Origin: a virus
IMG/VR virus record: IMGVR_UViG_3300029811_000161
Length of the DNA stretch: 64,000 nt
Reading direction: 5' to 3' (one strand)
Part shown: positions 9,436 to 19,272 of the stretch, in pieces
Layout: every line of letters begins with the position of its first letter
Numbering within the stretch: position 1 is the first letter of the stretch
The notes under the pieces: generated by a model
What the model saw: the letters and a program-made list of their open reading frames with translations, nothing else
Database searches by the model: none
Told to the model about the DNA's origin: nothing
Made by a program: the position numbers and the translations under genes

Positions 9436-9942
9436 ATGCCAAACGATGATGTGCATAGCAGGTGGGCGTTCGGTGCATGCTGCATCGGTGCCTTGATACT
9501 GCATACATTAGGCGTGAGCATACTGAACATAATATATCTGTCAGTTATATTTATGTTCGGTACGAAATACGTAAGCCCAGACTTAGATATAAATAGCAAA
9601 CCATATCAACGATGGGGGATACTGCGGATATTCTGGCGACCATACACAGACTACGTGCCACACCGAGGGACGCTGTCACACAACATCATCGCCGGACCGG
9701 TTGTCTTGTGTCTATGGCTCACGCTTGTCGTGGCAATCGTGATCGGGTTCTTCATGGTCTTCTGGTTGCCAGTGATAGAACCCGCCATCGATGGAGCACA
9801 GAAGATCATCACGCAGATCATCGAGCTCAACCCAACCTCTGGGACGATCAAGATGTTCGCAGTGTTCTACGGCGTGGTGATGCTTTCTCAGGCATTTCAC
9901 ATACTGCTCGACAAGGTGATGAAAGGAGACCGACAGGCATGA
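9436..9942 (+). CDS. DUF2227-like metal-binding membrane protein
   Basis: H near N-terminus, SPDLD, RWGILRIFWRPY, HRGTLSH. Confidence 0.8.
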   Translation: MPNDDVHSRWAFGACCIGALILHTLGVSILNIIYLSVIFMFGTKYVSPDLDINSKPYQRWGILRIFWRPYTDYVPHRGTLSHNIIAGPVVLCLWLTLVVAIVIGFFMVFWLPVIEPAIDGAQKIITQIIELNPTSGTIKMFAVFYGVVMLSQAFHILLDKVMKGDRQA

Positions 9943-10151
9943 CAGAAAACAAAACAACAGCATCGATGATTAGATATTTTCGAGGCATACTAATGAAGAA
10001 AACAAAGAAACCCGATGAGTACGAATTTTATCAAGGCTACAGGATACGGGTTCGCTGCGAGTGTGGCGGCGAGTTTGTGAACGTTCGGAATGCGAGATGT
10101 GGCAACCCTGCAATCTGGGCATGTGCCGACTGTGCAAAACAAAAAGCTTGA
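9939..10151 (+). CDS. Small Zn-finger protein
   Basis: CECGG...CADC; ATGA overlap with upstream stop. Confidence 0.6.
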   Translation: MTENKTTASMIRYFRGILMKKTKKPDEYEFYQGYRIRVRCECGGEFVNVRNARCGNPAIWACADCAKQKA

Positions 10152-10619
10152 AACTCTATCTGCGCCACGGCGCCCTACAACTTTATTAGTCTTACCGGGG
10201 ATCGCATGGGCGAATGGTCTATATGGAATGAAAGTAGACCTTTATTAGGTTTAACTGGTCGGCAACCATCGTCTTCGTGCAAGTCAAAACAGTAGCGACA
10301 CGCAAAGCTTTGCGTGTCGCCTAGTCGCGTGATATTCCCCACCAATGAATGATCTTTATTATACCACACCGTCCCCCCCAGCTCCTCCTCAAATGCTGCG
10401 CAAATGATGTTGGGTGAACTTCCCCTTTCGATAGGCACCCCCGGTATTCTGGCGGTTATATATTTCATTTTTATTCACTGCGAACAATCATTCTATCTAA
10501 TAATTGAATGTTAACGGATCGTGTGCAATATCGGTATGCTGCAACAGATTGTTTATGGTATATACAGATACCGAAAGGTTTATATACTCTCATGCTAATG
10601 TACAAACGAGGAAAGAGAA

Positions 10620-10793
10620 ATGCCAAGACCGAAGAAGAAAAACGGAGACAGAAGGATCGCCAGGATCAGGATCTCAGCAGGAGAACAAATCCTAATCCTC
10701 GAAGCACTGGAAGACCTCCTAAACAGGCAAATGACAGAGGAAGGCAGGGCAGAGGCAGAAGAACTGAAGAAGAGAATGGACAGCCTCTACTAA
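10620..10793 (+). CDS. Small basic/helical protein, 57 aa, not in ORF track
   Basis: MPRPKKKNGDRRIARIRISAGEQILILEALEDLLNRQMTEEGRAEAEELKKRMDSLY; followed by a terminator. Confidence 0.6.
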   Translation: MPRPKKKNGDRRIARIRISAGEQILILEALEDLLNRQMTEEGRAEAEELKKRMDSLY

Positions 10794-10820
10794 GAGGCAC
10801 TTTTTTATGTTTTAGTTTTT
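10783..10820 (+). terminator. Hairpin plus T-tract terminator
   Basis: GCCTCT-ACTA-AGAGGC followed by TTTTTTATGTTTTAGTTTTT. Confidence 0.55.
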
Positions 10821-11427
10821 GGGACAAGAACACCTTTTTAGTTAAACTGGACGATTAATAGGCAGGTTGATATTCCATGAATAAAACAGGGAATCCGAAA
10901 TCACAATCTGTTCGCATCCAGTCAGCAAACAAACAATCCTTTCGCTGCGCACTTGTTTTTTACAGATTTGTGATCATGTAAACAGAAACCGATACCTTTA
11001 TATACTCACCACTCCTATTATACATTATGCGAAGAATCCGGCGCAGTGATGCGCTGGGGACTAATGACCACCCGCCGATGCAACTGTAAATCCTGACGTT
11101 CCGGGCAGGTAAATCAGCCCCTCGGTGACCACCCGCAAAAACAAAACCGGACTCGGAGAGATGAAGGTATCTACCAAGGACAGAGACTTCGAGAAGAATA
11201 ACATTATATTTATATCTGTGTAGTGGTTCAAACCATGCGCAGAGATCCCCAGAGTTTTCGGGACAGAAACGATATTGAAATTGAATGGGACTTGGCACCT
11301 ATCCCAGCGAGCTTATATCTATTCCAAGATAGGTAGGCAATGAGAAACTGGTATACGTTTCAATTTCGTTAGCATTCATCGATGGCGGTTCATTACCTCA
11401 TCGATGATTTAAGGAGATTAGGAAATC

Positions 11428-11580
11428 ATGGCACCAACATGGATTATTCAGGAACAGAGCCGACTTAAGCAGGTCGCAGAACATGACAACATCGAACGAC
11501 TACGGCAAAACGTAGACAATGCGAAAGCAGACCTTGTAGAAGCATTACTGAGACGAGAAAACCAGATTATGGAGGGATGA
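11428..11580 (+). CDS. Small coiled-coil protein, 50 aa
   Basis: Hand-translated MAPTWIIQEQ...; upstream AGGAG/AGGA. Confidence 0.55.
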   Translation: MAPTWIIQEQSRLKQVAEHDNIERLRQNVDNAKADLVEALLRRENQIMEG

Positions 11581-11583
11581 ATT

Positions 11584-11760
11584 ATGGATTACAACGATGT
11601 GGGTCACCCGCTCGACATCCGCAACGACCCGGCTATGAGAGATCCCGCGCTCGTGGATCTGACCGCATCGAAGGCACAGGCACACCGTGACCGCATCGAT
11701 GCAGACGCAAGGGCAGCAGAACGCAGGAGAGACCGCCTGCGAGCGAGATATGGGGTGTAA
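11584..11760 (+). CDS. Small hypothetical protein, 58 aa
   Basis: Hand-translated MDYNDVGHPLDIRNDP...; GGAGG SD. Confidence 0.55.
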   Translation: MDYNDVGHPLDIRNDPAMRDPALVDLTASKAQAHRDRIDADARAAERRRDRLRARYGV

Positions 11761-11886
11761 CACTCTGCGCCCCATCTATACAGATTTACTCGGATCTGTA
11801 TTTAGGCATTTAAATAAAAGTCCGAAATTTTCGCTCGCTACGCTCGGTGGCGGTTCTCGGGGATCGCCACCACCTCGGAGGTTAAT

Positions 11887-12354
11887 ATGAAATTGATGAT
11901 AACAGGTCACCGGCCAAATCGGCTCGGTGGATATAGGATGGATTCGGCAACAGTGAAGTCCATCGATGCTGAGTTACGCAAGATCGTGTCGGCACTTGAT
12001 CCAGACACAGACATTGGCATCTGTGGAATGGCTCAAGGAGTCGATCAAATGTTTGCCGAGATCTGCATGGAATTCGGAATTCCGGTACACGCGTACGTCC
12101 CTTTCTATGGACAGGAAATGAAATGGCCAGCCAGTGCCAAGTCTGCATATCGGTCACTGCTTCATCGATGCGATGATGTTGTGATTTGTTCAGATCATCC
12201 ATCGAAAGATGCGTTTCTGGTCAGGAATGCAACGATGGTAAAGGATTGTGACTCGGCAGTCGCGGTCTGGGACGGAAGATCAAGGTCAGGCACCGGTGCT
12301 ACGGTATCGATGATCAAGATTTCCGGGAAAGACTTGCATGTGATCAGTATTTAG
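11887..12354 (+). CDS. SLOG family (YspA/DUF1273-like) protein
   Basis: ITGHRP, GMAQGVD, RNATMV, AVWDG..SGTG. Confidence 0.85.
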   Translation: MKLMITGHRPNRLGGYRMDSATVKSIDAELRKIVSALDPDTDIGICGMAQGVDQMFAEICMEFGIPVHAYVPFYGQEMKWPASAKSAYRSLLHRCDDVVICSDHPSKDAFLVRNATMVKDCDSAVAVWDGRSRSGTGATVSMIKISGKDLHVISI

Positions 12355-12494
12355 TTCATCCGGGTATGTGGTGTGCCCGATGATAACTTAAAATGCCAGT
12401 GTCGCACGATTCGATGTCTGCAACTCATCGATGGCGTGATCTGCGGTCCGACTCCGTGGTGGCACATGCCAAACGGGCAAGGATGTGAAACAAT

Positions 12495-12671
12495 ATGACC
12501 GTAAAGATAGACTTCAAGACGAACAACGCAGCATTCGATGGCGACGATAAACCAGTGGAGATCGCTCGTATCCTTCGAGAGATCGCCAGTCGGGTTGTGC
12601 TTGGCAGCACTGAAGGAACCATCCATGACATCAACGGGAACAAGATCGGAAAGTACAGTGTCAAGAGGTGA
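12495..12671 (+). CDS. Small phage-type protein, 58 aa
   Basis: MTVKIDFKTNNAAFDGDDKPVEIARILREIA...DINGNKIG; pattern recalled from phage small proteins. Confidence 0.6.
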   Translation: MTVKIDFKTNNAAFDGDDKPVEIARILREIASRVVLGSTEGTIHDINGNKIGKYSVKR

Positions 12672-12677
12672 ACAACG

Positions 12678-14034
12678 ATGGCGACATGGAAACGTAAGAA
12701 ATCAGATACTGAGACGACACTGAAGATCGAAACCTGCCACGACTCAACGAATGTAACGATCTCAAGCACATCGTTGGAAACCGGGAAAAGGTTTGCATGG
12801 GATACTATCAATATCCCACTCGAAACGCTGAAGGAAATGGTGAATGCACAATGACTGAAATCACAATCGGTGATCACGTATCGATCCCTTCCCACGCCAG
12901 AGGAACGGTGTGGGAATCGGGATGGGTGCAGGACATCGACCAACGAGGTGCTCTGATCAAGTACGGAGCACGAGGAGACACTGGACTGTATGGGACTGGA
13001 CGGTATGTGCCGCTCGGTGAACTTGTGAAACTGGAGGGCTGAGATCATGGCACTTGAAATGACCAGAAACCGGCTGAAACATCTTGCCAAGTTTAACGGC
13101 GAGATAACAATCGAAGGCGAATATCAAAACGAGATCGTTGTACGGATCTCATTCGGTGACGGAACTACGAGCATCTATGCAGAGAAGATCTACAACAATC
13201 TTCTCGACATCGAAGATGAACGATGTGAGAATTGCGGGCGATACTGCCCAGAGGGACTCAACGATGGTCTCTGCGAAGACTGCTGGAAGTAGGGAGGACT
13301 GAGATCATGACCAAGATAATCTGCAAGAAATGCGGCAAGGAAACCGCCGTAAACACGCAGCGTAACGTCGCTGCCTGCAAGAACGTGGAATGCGACAACT
13401 ACAACACATTCTACACGATCGGAACAGAAGGTTTCGATAGACGATATTGGGAGGTGTAGCATGATACAAGAGATACAGCGAAAAATCGGTGTTGTCCTGT
13501 GGGACTCCGGCATGGATGTCCGCATAAACGGGACAGATCTGGTAGTGATCGATGATGGGCGTGAATTCAAAGTTATCGTCGAGGAGGTGTGATACGATGA
13601 TATTAGCAATGAATCGAAACGAATTGATATGTGATCTCCCGAGAGCGTTTCGGGAGCAAAACGACCTTGCCGCGATGACAGACAAAGCGCTAATCGCTCT
13701 ATGGAAGCGACAAGGAACCCACGCGGGTACGTGGGACTGGGATGACGTCGAAATCACGGAGGTGTGAACGATGACCAAACGAACATTCAAGAAACGAGCA
13801 GACGAAGCAAAGTATCGAGTATCGATGAAGCGCCGGCTAAGGTTAGTCGGCTGCCAATTCGATAACGACGAGACGACTGAGCAACTCGAGGAGATGATGC
13901 GTGTATGCGCTCCCCGGGTCGAGCAGTTCGATGGAGTTGTGGACAGAGCAAGTGATCACAGCGAGTACCTTGAGTACAAGCGTGAGATCATGGAGAACGA
14001 TGAAAGAAGCACAAAGGAGGAACCATGCCAATAA
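12678..14034 (+). other. Run of tightly packed small early-type ORFs (12678-12854, 12851-13042, 13047-13292, 13307-13459 Zn finger, ~13460-13590, 13603-13767, 13771-14034)
   Basis: Each preceded by GAGG/GGTGA SD with 0-15 nt spacing or overlap; several CxxC pairs. Confidence 0.7.
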
Positions 14035-14372
14035 CAGGAGATAAGCTGCCTGCCAAAGTAGATCGGATGGCGGAGATAGCTAAGAAGCTGCCGGACGGTT
14101 GGTTCGGCAGAGCAGTACTTGAAAAGGCGATCCGGAGCGCCGGGGAGCCTAAAATCAGGTCACGTCAAGCCGTGGACAACTACGTTGGCGAGATGCTACT
14201 TGCTGGATACACCGAGCAGCCGACGCCCAGGAAGTTCAGGCTGACAGATCGAGCGATGGAGACTGGAGAGATTCGGATACACGTCGATCCAGCGATACGG
14301 GTTCCGGAAGTGCGAGTGCTGATCGAGAAGGCACTCGCCAAGATCGATTACGTGAGCATCGAGGAGGTGTGA
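14025..14372 (+). CDS. Winged-helix-like protein
   Basis: Helical N-terminus, VDNYVGEMLLAGY..PTPRKFRLT wing-like pattern. Confidence 0.55.
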   Translation: MPITGDKLPAKVDRMAEIAKKLPDGWFGRAVLEKAIRSAGEPKIRSRQAVDNYVGEMLLAGYTEQPTPRKFRLTDRAMETGEIRIHVDPAIRVPEVRVLIEKALAKIDYVSIEEV

Positions 14373-14376
14373 AACT

Positions 14377-14586
14377 ATGGCAACAATCGACGAGATTCTG
14401 AAAGAAGCAAAGTTTGTTGAATGGCGAGGATCTGAACAAAGAGCATTGTCATCGATGATGCGAAACGTTGCGAAAGGGCAGTCAACAGCACCAATCATGA
14501 ATAAGACCGATCGGGTGAATGTAACGTTCATCAAGATACTTGACATGCACTTGCCAACATTGAAACACAACATCGAGGAGGAATGA
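14377..14586 (+). CDS. Hypothetical protein
   Basis: GAGGTG SD, 69 aa. Confidence 0.65.
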   Translation: MATIDEILKEAKFVEWRGSEQRALSSMMRNVAKGQSTAPIMNKTDRVNVTFIKILDMHLPTLKHNIEEE

Positions 14587-14649
14587 TACAGTTTTATACA
14601 ATTCGGTGAATTTGTATATTACTTACGTGTATATACGGAGTGATTAGGT

Positions 14650-15414
14650 ATGAATAATAACCAAAGACCACAAGGTATAAGTATCAAGAAGATCATAGAA
14701 GATTGTGGAGTTGATCCAATAAGATTCAAACGACTATCTAAAATGGACTTCAACGATGCAGTGATCTTGGGATACGACGATGTCAGAGAAGATCTGGTAT
14801 CAACGACTGTGCATCTACCACTGTGGCTGCGTAGTGAGGTTTCAAACATCAATCTCACTACGAACATATCCCAGGGCAAGATATTCACGGCGATGGTGAA
14901 TCATGGCTGCACGTTGATGAAAGACATCATCGATGAGCCAATGAAAGACATGGTCGGTGTGCTTGAGATCCTTGAGACATCCGACAACACGATCATCATG
15001 CACTTGATGCAAGAGTTCAGCATCAGTGTGAATGGTATAAAGCACGGAACCCGGCGAGCAGTGAGTATGCCTAAGTGGTGTAAAAGCTATATCGGGATGG
15101 TCGGTGGTCGTCTGCGCATGGATTTCTCAAGCGTGCTACGATTGGCGATGTATCTGTCAATCAGCAAGTATGACAAGCTGTTAGATCGAGATAAGCCGGT
15201 GTGTGCAAGCGAATTGGCTAACTTTGAGAAAGCACTCAGTGAGTACACATCGGTATGTGTAGCACTCGCTGAGATGGAGAAACGTAAGGAGGACGGAAAC
15301 GATGCGATGGCTAACAAATGTACACAAGACGAAGGCAAAAACCACGCTTTCACAGCTTTGTGCGGGGCACGAGGGAAAGCGCATGTTGGCAACTGGAGCG
15401 CCAAAACGAACTGA
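14650..15414 (+). CDS. Probable DNA-binding protein (RHH-like segments); paralog of 63767-64000
   Basis: TTVHLPLWLRSEV and AVSMPKWCKSY strand-helix patterns; C-terminal part aligns with the right-edge ORF. Confidence 0.7.
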   Translation: MNNNQRPQGISIKKIIEDCGVDPIRFKRLSKMDFNDAVILGYDDVREDLVSTTVHLPLWLRSEVSNINLTTNISQGKIFTAMVNHGCTLMKDIIDEPMKDMVGVLEILETSDNTIIMHLMQEFSISVNGIKHGTRRAVSMPKWCKSYIGMVGGRLRMDFSSVLRLAMYLSISKYDKLLDRDKPVCASELANFEKALSEYTSVCVALAEMEKRKEDGNDAMANKCTQDEGKNHAFTALCGARGKAHVGNWSAKTN

Positions 15415-15595
15415 TAAATACACAGGAGAAGATCTCAGAGATGTTGGATACGTGGGTATTTATGAGATGTTTCCGTGTGAATGCACAAGCTGTAAACGTG
15501 GTCAGAAAGCGACCAAGTTTTACAAGGCGCTGTGGGATTGGAGAGACATGAACAAACGCGTGATCAGAGAACGCGAAGAGAAAGAGAGAAACTGA
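15302..15595 (+). CDS. Hypothetical Cys-containing protein
   Basis: GGAGG SD; CECTSC. Confidence 0.6.
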   Translation: MRWLTNVHKTKAKTTLSQLCAGHEGKRMLATGAPKRTDKYTGEDLRDVGYVGIYEMFPCECTSCKRGQKATKFYKALWDWRDMNKRVIREREEKERN

Positions 15596-15613
15596 ATAAA
15601 GGAGGCTAAGAAG

Positions 15614-15928
15614 ATGAAACAACTAACCGACTTAACAGAAAGCGAGATCAAAGCACTCAGTAAGAGAATATCATCGATGATGACTGACGAGTTCGATATA
15701 GCACAAGATGATGTTGCATGGTTTTGGGGTGCACTGATGGAAGGATTACGCACAATATCCCCAAAGCCAAAAACACAACCATCGATTGTGTATGAAATTG
15801 TACTCGATCAAACGGCATCACCACCAATCGAGGTAGCGCAGGGCAAGTTCATGAGTGGTGTGTTCAAACTCTCTGAGGAGTCAAACATCATTGGGCATGG
15901 ATTGAACATCGTGAGAACGCGAGGGTGA
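15614..15928 (+). CDS. Hypothetical protein
   Basis: GGAGG SD, 104 aa. Confidence 0.65.
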   Translation: MKQLTDLTESEIKALSKRISSMMTDEFDIAQDDVAWFWGALMEGLRTISPKPKTQPSIVYEIVLDQTASPPIEVAQGKFMSGVFKLSEESNIIGHGLNIVRTRG

Positions 15929-15934
15929 ACAACG

Positions 15935-17137
15935 ATGACAACATATAAAACGAAATGGGAAGGATCGATAAAAGCCATCGACGCGACCGTCAATCAGAGC
16001 AAGAAGACGCAGGCAGGCGTAGAAGCAGAGAACTACGAGTTCGGGCAGATCCCGGAATCGGACTACATGACCTGCCTTGACACAAAGAACGATGCAGCGT
16101 ATGTGTTACTGCGCATCGGTGAAGGCACAGAGCAAGAGATCGGGTGCTCGTGTGACTACTTCAAGGAAAACCGGATGACCTGTGAGCATCTGTATGCACT
16201 CCGAGACATCGATGTGAGCAAGCTGGTCGCATCGCCAAACTGGCTTCTCGAATTCTTACAGGTTGACAACGGCTGGCACGTCGTCGATGGAAAGTTTCAA
16301 CCGCCATCGATGGATGATTCGGGTGAACCGATTCCTAAGCCTGAGAAGAAGCCGAAAGCACCCGTAGGCAAGAAGCCTGCGACACAAAAAGCGCCAGTGA
16401 TCCCACCGACCCCGGAAGTTGATATCGGTGTCGGTGAGAAGCCTATGAAGAAACACATCTGCAAACTGTGCGGAAAGGAATGCAAAAACATCGATGAGTT
16501 GTTGATACATCAAGAGAAGTGCAAGCAGAAGCAGGAAGACGCGAAGCTGCCAACACTCATCGATGAAGATATGACTTGGTCTGCATCACAGATCGAGGTG
16601 ATGAGGAAAACCGTTGCGATCGGAACGACAAACGAAGAGTTCGCATACTTCCTGAATGTTGCGAAAGCAGCAGGGTTGAATCCGTTTCTTCGGGAAATCT
16701 ACTGCTGGAAGACCGAGAAAGGTCAGCTCACAATCGCAACTGGAAGAGATGGTTATCTCGCAATTGCCAAGCGAGATCCTAAATTCCGTGGGATGCAGTC
16801 GATGGAGGTCTGCGAGAACGACGATTTCACGATCAGCAATGAGATCACGCCGGAAGGGATCAAGCAGACGATCACGCACAACATCACCAACTTCAAGGAT
16901 CGAGGTGTCGTGATCGGCGCATGGGCAAGGGCAGACTTCGATGATCAAGAGCCGATCATCGTGTACGCATCCGCTGAGGAGTACAACACGAAAAAGAACG
17001 TGTGGGCTCGAAATCCATCGGCGATGATGCGGAAAGTTCCTGAGGCGATGGCACTGAAAAGAGGTGCCGGGATATCTGGGCTGGTGACAGACGCGGAGGT
17101 TAGCGAGTCACACATAATCGATGCAGAGATGATCTAA
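15935..17137 (+). CDS. RecT/Bet-like single-strand annealing protein with N-terminal SWIM and C2H2-like Zn fingers
   Basis: CSC..CEH (SWIM); CKLC..H..C; GLNPFLREIY, GRDGYLAIA, W..NPSAMMRKVPEAMALKR. Confidence 0.85.
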   Translation: MTTYKTKWEGSIKAIDATVNQSKKTQAGVEAENYEFGQIPESDYMTCLDTKNDAAYVLLRIGEGTEQEIGCSCDYFKENRMTCEHLYALRDIDVSKLVASPNWLLEFLQVDNGWHVVDGKFQPPSMDDSGEPIPKPEKKPKAPVGKKPATQKAPVIPPTPEVDIGVGEKPMKKHICKLCGKECKNIDELLIHQEKCKQKQEDAKLPTLIDEDMTWSASQIEVMRKTVAIGTTNEEFAYFLNVAKAAGLNPFLREIYCWKTEKGQLTIATGRDGYLAIAKRDPKFRGMQSMEVCENDDFTISNEITPEGIKQTITHNITNFKDRGVVIGAWARADFDDQEPIIVYASAEEYNTKKNVWARNPSAMMRKVPEAMALKRGAGISGLVTDAEVSESHIIDAEMI

Positions 17138-17138
17138 T

Positions 17139-17618
17139 ATGGAAGAATTTGTAAACAAGCTTGCAGAACTGCAAGTGCAACTGACGATTGAAGAAGCAGC
17201 GGCGGACGGCGTTTCAATCTCCGTCGATGCGGAGATCAAGTCAACTGAACAACGACTTAGAGACCTGAAAGGAGATCGAGATATGATCAGACGGCCATAC
17301 GTTGAGGCTGCGCAGGAACTCAAAACCACGATCGGTGATCTACAGCAAACAATCATCGATGAGTGGGACGGCGATAAGAAGACGCTCAAGTTCGATGCCG
17401 GGACGCTCAAGTTCCGGACGACATCGAAGCTGGAGATCTATCACCCAGAGATCCTTCTTGCAGACATGTTCGTCCACCTGCAAACTGGGTCGGAGATGCT
17501 GAAGTATCTATCTGGTTTCAACAAAACCACTGTCAGGAAGTACATCGGTGTGCATCCGCAGGACATCGACATCGTTGAGCTGGTGCCGAAGACGACTGTG
17601 AGCTTAACGACAGAATAA
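17139..17618 (+). CDS. Mu Gam/Gp157-like coiled-coil DNA-end-binding protein
   Basis: Long N-terminal coiled coil, KKTLKFDAGTLKFR; follows RecT/Bet. Confidence 0.6.
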   Translation: MEEFVNKLAELQVQLTIEEAAADGVSISVDAEIKSTEQRLRDLKGDRDMIRRPYVEAAQELKTTIGDLQQTIIDEWDGDKKTLKFDAGTLKFRTTSKLEIYHPEILLADMFVHLQTGSEMLKYLSGFNKTTVRKYIGVHPQDIDIVELVPKTTVSLTTE

Positions 17619-17631
17619 GCGGTGATCTGAG

Positions 17632-17838
17632 ATGACACAACCCGCAGATGGCAGGATGTTTGCCAGAGCGACTCTGATCGTTGCGATCGAGGAAGAAATT
17701 CGAGACGCATTAAGTAATATGGCAACAAGCGATCTCGAAAAGCTACATGAGTGGTTTACTGTGAACGCATCGCCGGACATGGCGCTTGTAATTGCTCAGG
17801 ATGTGCCAACTACCATGAAACTGGAATTAAGCAGGTAA
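17632..17838 (+). CDS. Hypothetical protein
   Basis: GGTGA SD, 68 aa. Confidence 0.6.
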   Translation: MTQPADGRMFARATLIVAIEEEIRDALSNMATSDLEKLHEWFTVNASPDMALVIAQDVPTTMKLELSR

Positions 17839-18026
17839 CACACCCGCTTTTCATTTATGAAGGCTTGAGAACATGAACAGAGAAGAGAAAGCACATAGAT
17901 GTCATGAAACTCAAATAAAAGTAATCATGACCGATAAGAGCACACGTCTTATCTGCAAAGTTTATGGACGCAATGTTGGATTGTGCTCGGATTGCCCATT
18001 CGATACGCGACGCAATAGGTGATCAC

Positions 18027-18230
18027 ATGACACAAAGTAAAAACCCGTGGTTGAAAGGACCAATATTGGATTACATACGTGCAAATGATGGGAAAGTCGA
18101 TTCAATCGATGTCTGGGGGCACTTCAAACTGACACCAGATATCACTTTCCCGGAAGTACACGCGCTTGAATCAGAAGGAAAAATCCGGCGACTGACATGG
18201 GGAAATCGTCATGTCTTCGAGGTGGTTTGA
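18027..18230 (+). CDS. Small winged-helix protein
   Basis: ILDYIRANDG...LESEGKIRR; GGTGA SD supports start at 18027. Confidence 0.6.
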   Translation: MTQSKNPWLKGPILDYIRANDGKVDSIDVWGHFKLTPDITFPEVHALESEGKIRRLTWGNRHVFEVV

Positions 18231-19267
18231 TGCCAGCAAGACAATTCGCATGGCAGACACCAGAAGGAAAGTTCCACCGAGGCAGCAAGCCGATGGAGAC
18301 CGATGAGCAGATGCGGATGGCGGTAAAGCATCACTGGAACGGTGCTTGCTATCAGAGCGTGTATGCGTTCGAGGAATGGAAGGACGGTAGACCAGTGAAA
18401 GAGTCAGCGATCATCAAGGATATATTCTTCGACTTCGATGACGCGGAGAATCCACAAAACGCCATCGATGACGCTGCTAAAATCGCTTGCGATCACACTA
18501 CGCAGTGGTTCAGCGGAAAGAAAGGAATCGGGATGTTGGTTCACATCAACCCCGTGGATATCCACCCATCGATGAAAGCTGCTGTGCTTAAGCGGACGTG
18601 TAACGCGATGATTGAGAACTTTGATCTACAAACCGCGGATACTGCAGTGATCGGTGATCTGAACCGGGTATGCGGGATACCAAACACGCGACATCCAAAT
18701 GGACTATACCGGATTCCACTTGCACCGATTGAGTTGAGACACTTCCCGATTGACACGATTCGAGAGATGGCGAAGAACACGCGGGGCTTGGTGACCAATG
18801 TAACCCCATCGGAGATACACACCGACTATATGTTCATCGTTGAGAGAACGATCATCAAGGCACGGATGGAACAACTCATCAAACGTCGCATGTTATCGTG
18901 GAAATTCTACGAAGATCATCAAATAATACGATCCGTCGAGGAGAAATATGCCCTCGTTGCGACACTTGAATACATCGAAGCAGAAGCACGAAGGATCGAG
19001 GCAAAGAACACCCCAAGGACTGAAACAACGAACCAGTGGCTTGCAGAAGCCGAGGAAACGCTGTTAACTCGTGGGCAGCTAACCAACGGCAGAGACCGAG
19101 GCGAGGAGCACAAAGCCAGGGTGCACTTTTGCAAGTATGCCCACGAATGCGGCTGGACGTTCAAGCAGATCTGCGGGGCGTTTGTCAACATCGTTGATCG
19201 GAATGGAAAGCGATGCTACGACAAGAAGATGACTGAGGATCAAGTTAGGAGCTGCATAGGGAGGTGA
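18230..19267 (+). CDS. Archaeo-eukaryotic primase (AEP) with C-terminal helical domain
   Basis: DIFFDFDD (motif I), FSGKKG (motif II), DLNRVCGIPNTRH (motif III). Confidence 0.85.
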   Translation: MPARQFAWQTPEGKFHRGSKPMETDEQMRMAVKHHWNGACYQSVYAFEEWKDGRPVKESAIIKDIFFDFDDAENPQNAIDDAAKIACDHTTQWFSGKKGIGMLVHINPVDIHPSMKAAVLKRTCNAMIENFDLQTADTAVIGDLNRVCGIPNTRHPNGLYRIPLAPIELRHFPIDTIREMAKNTRGLVTNVTPSEIHTDYMFIVERTIIKARMEQLIKRRMLSWKFYEDHQIIRSVEEKYALVATLEYIEAEARRIEAKNTPRTETTNQWLAEAEETLLTRGQLTNGRDRGEEHKARVHFCKYAHECGWTFKQICGAFVNIVDRNGKRCYDKKMTEDQVRSCIGR

Positions 19268-19272
19268 TCTGA

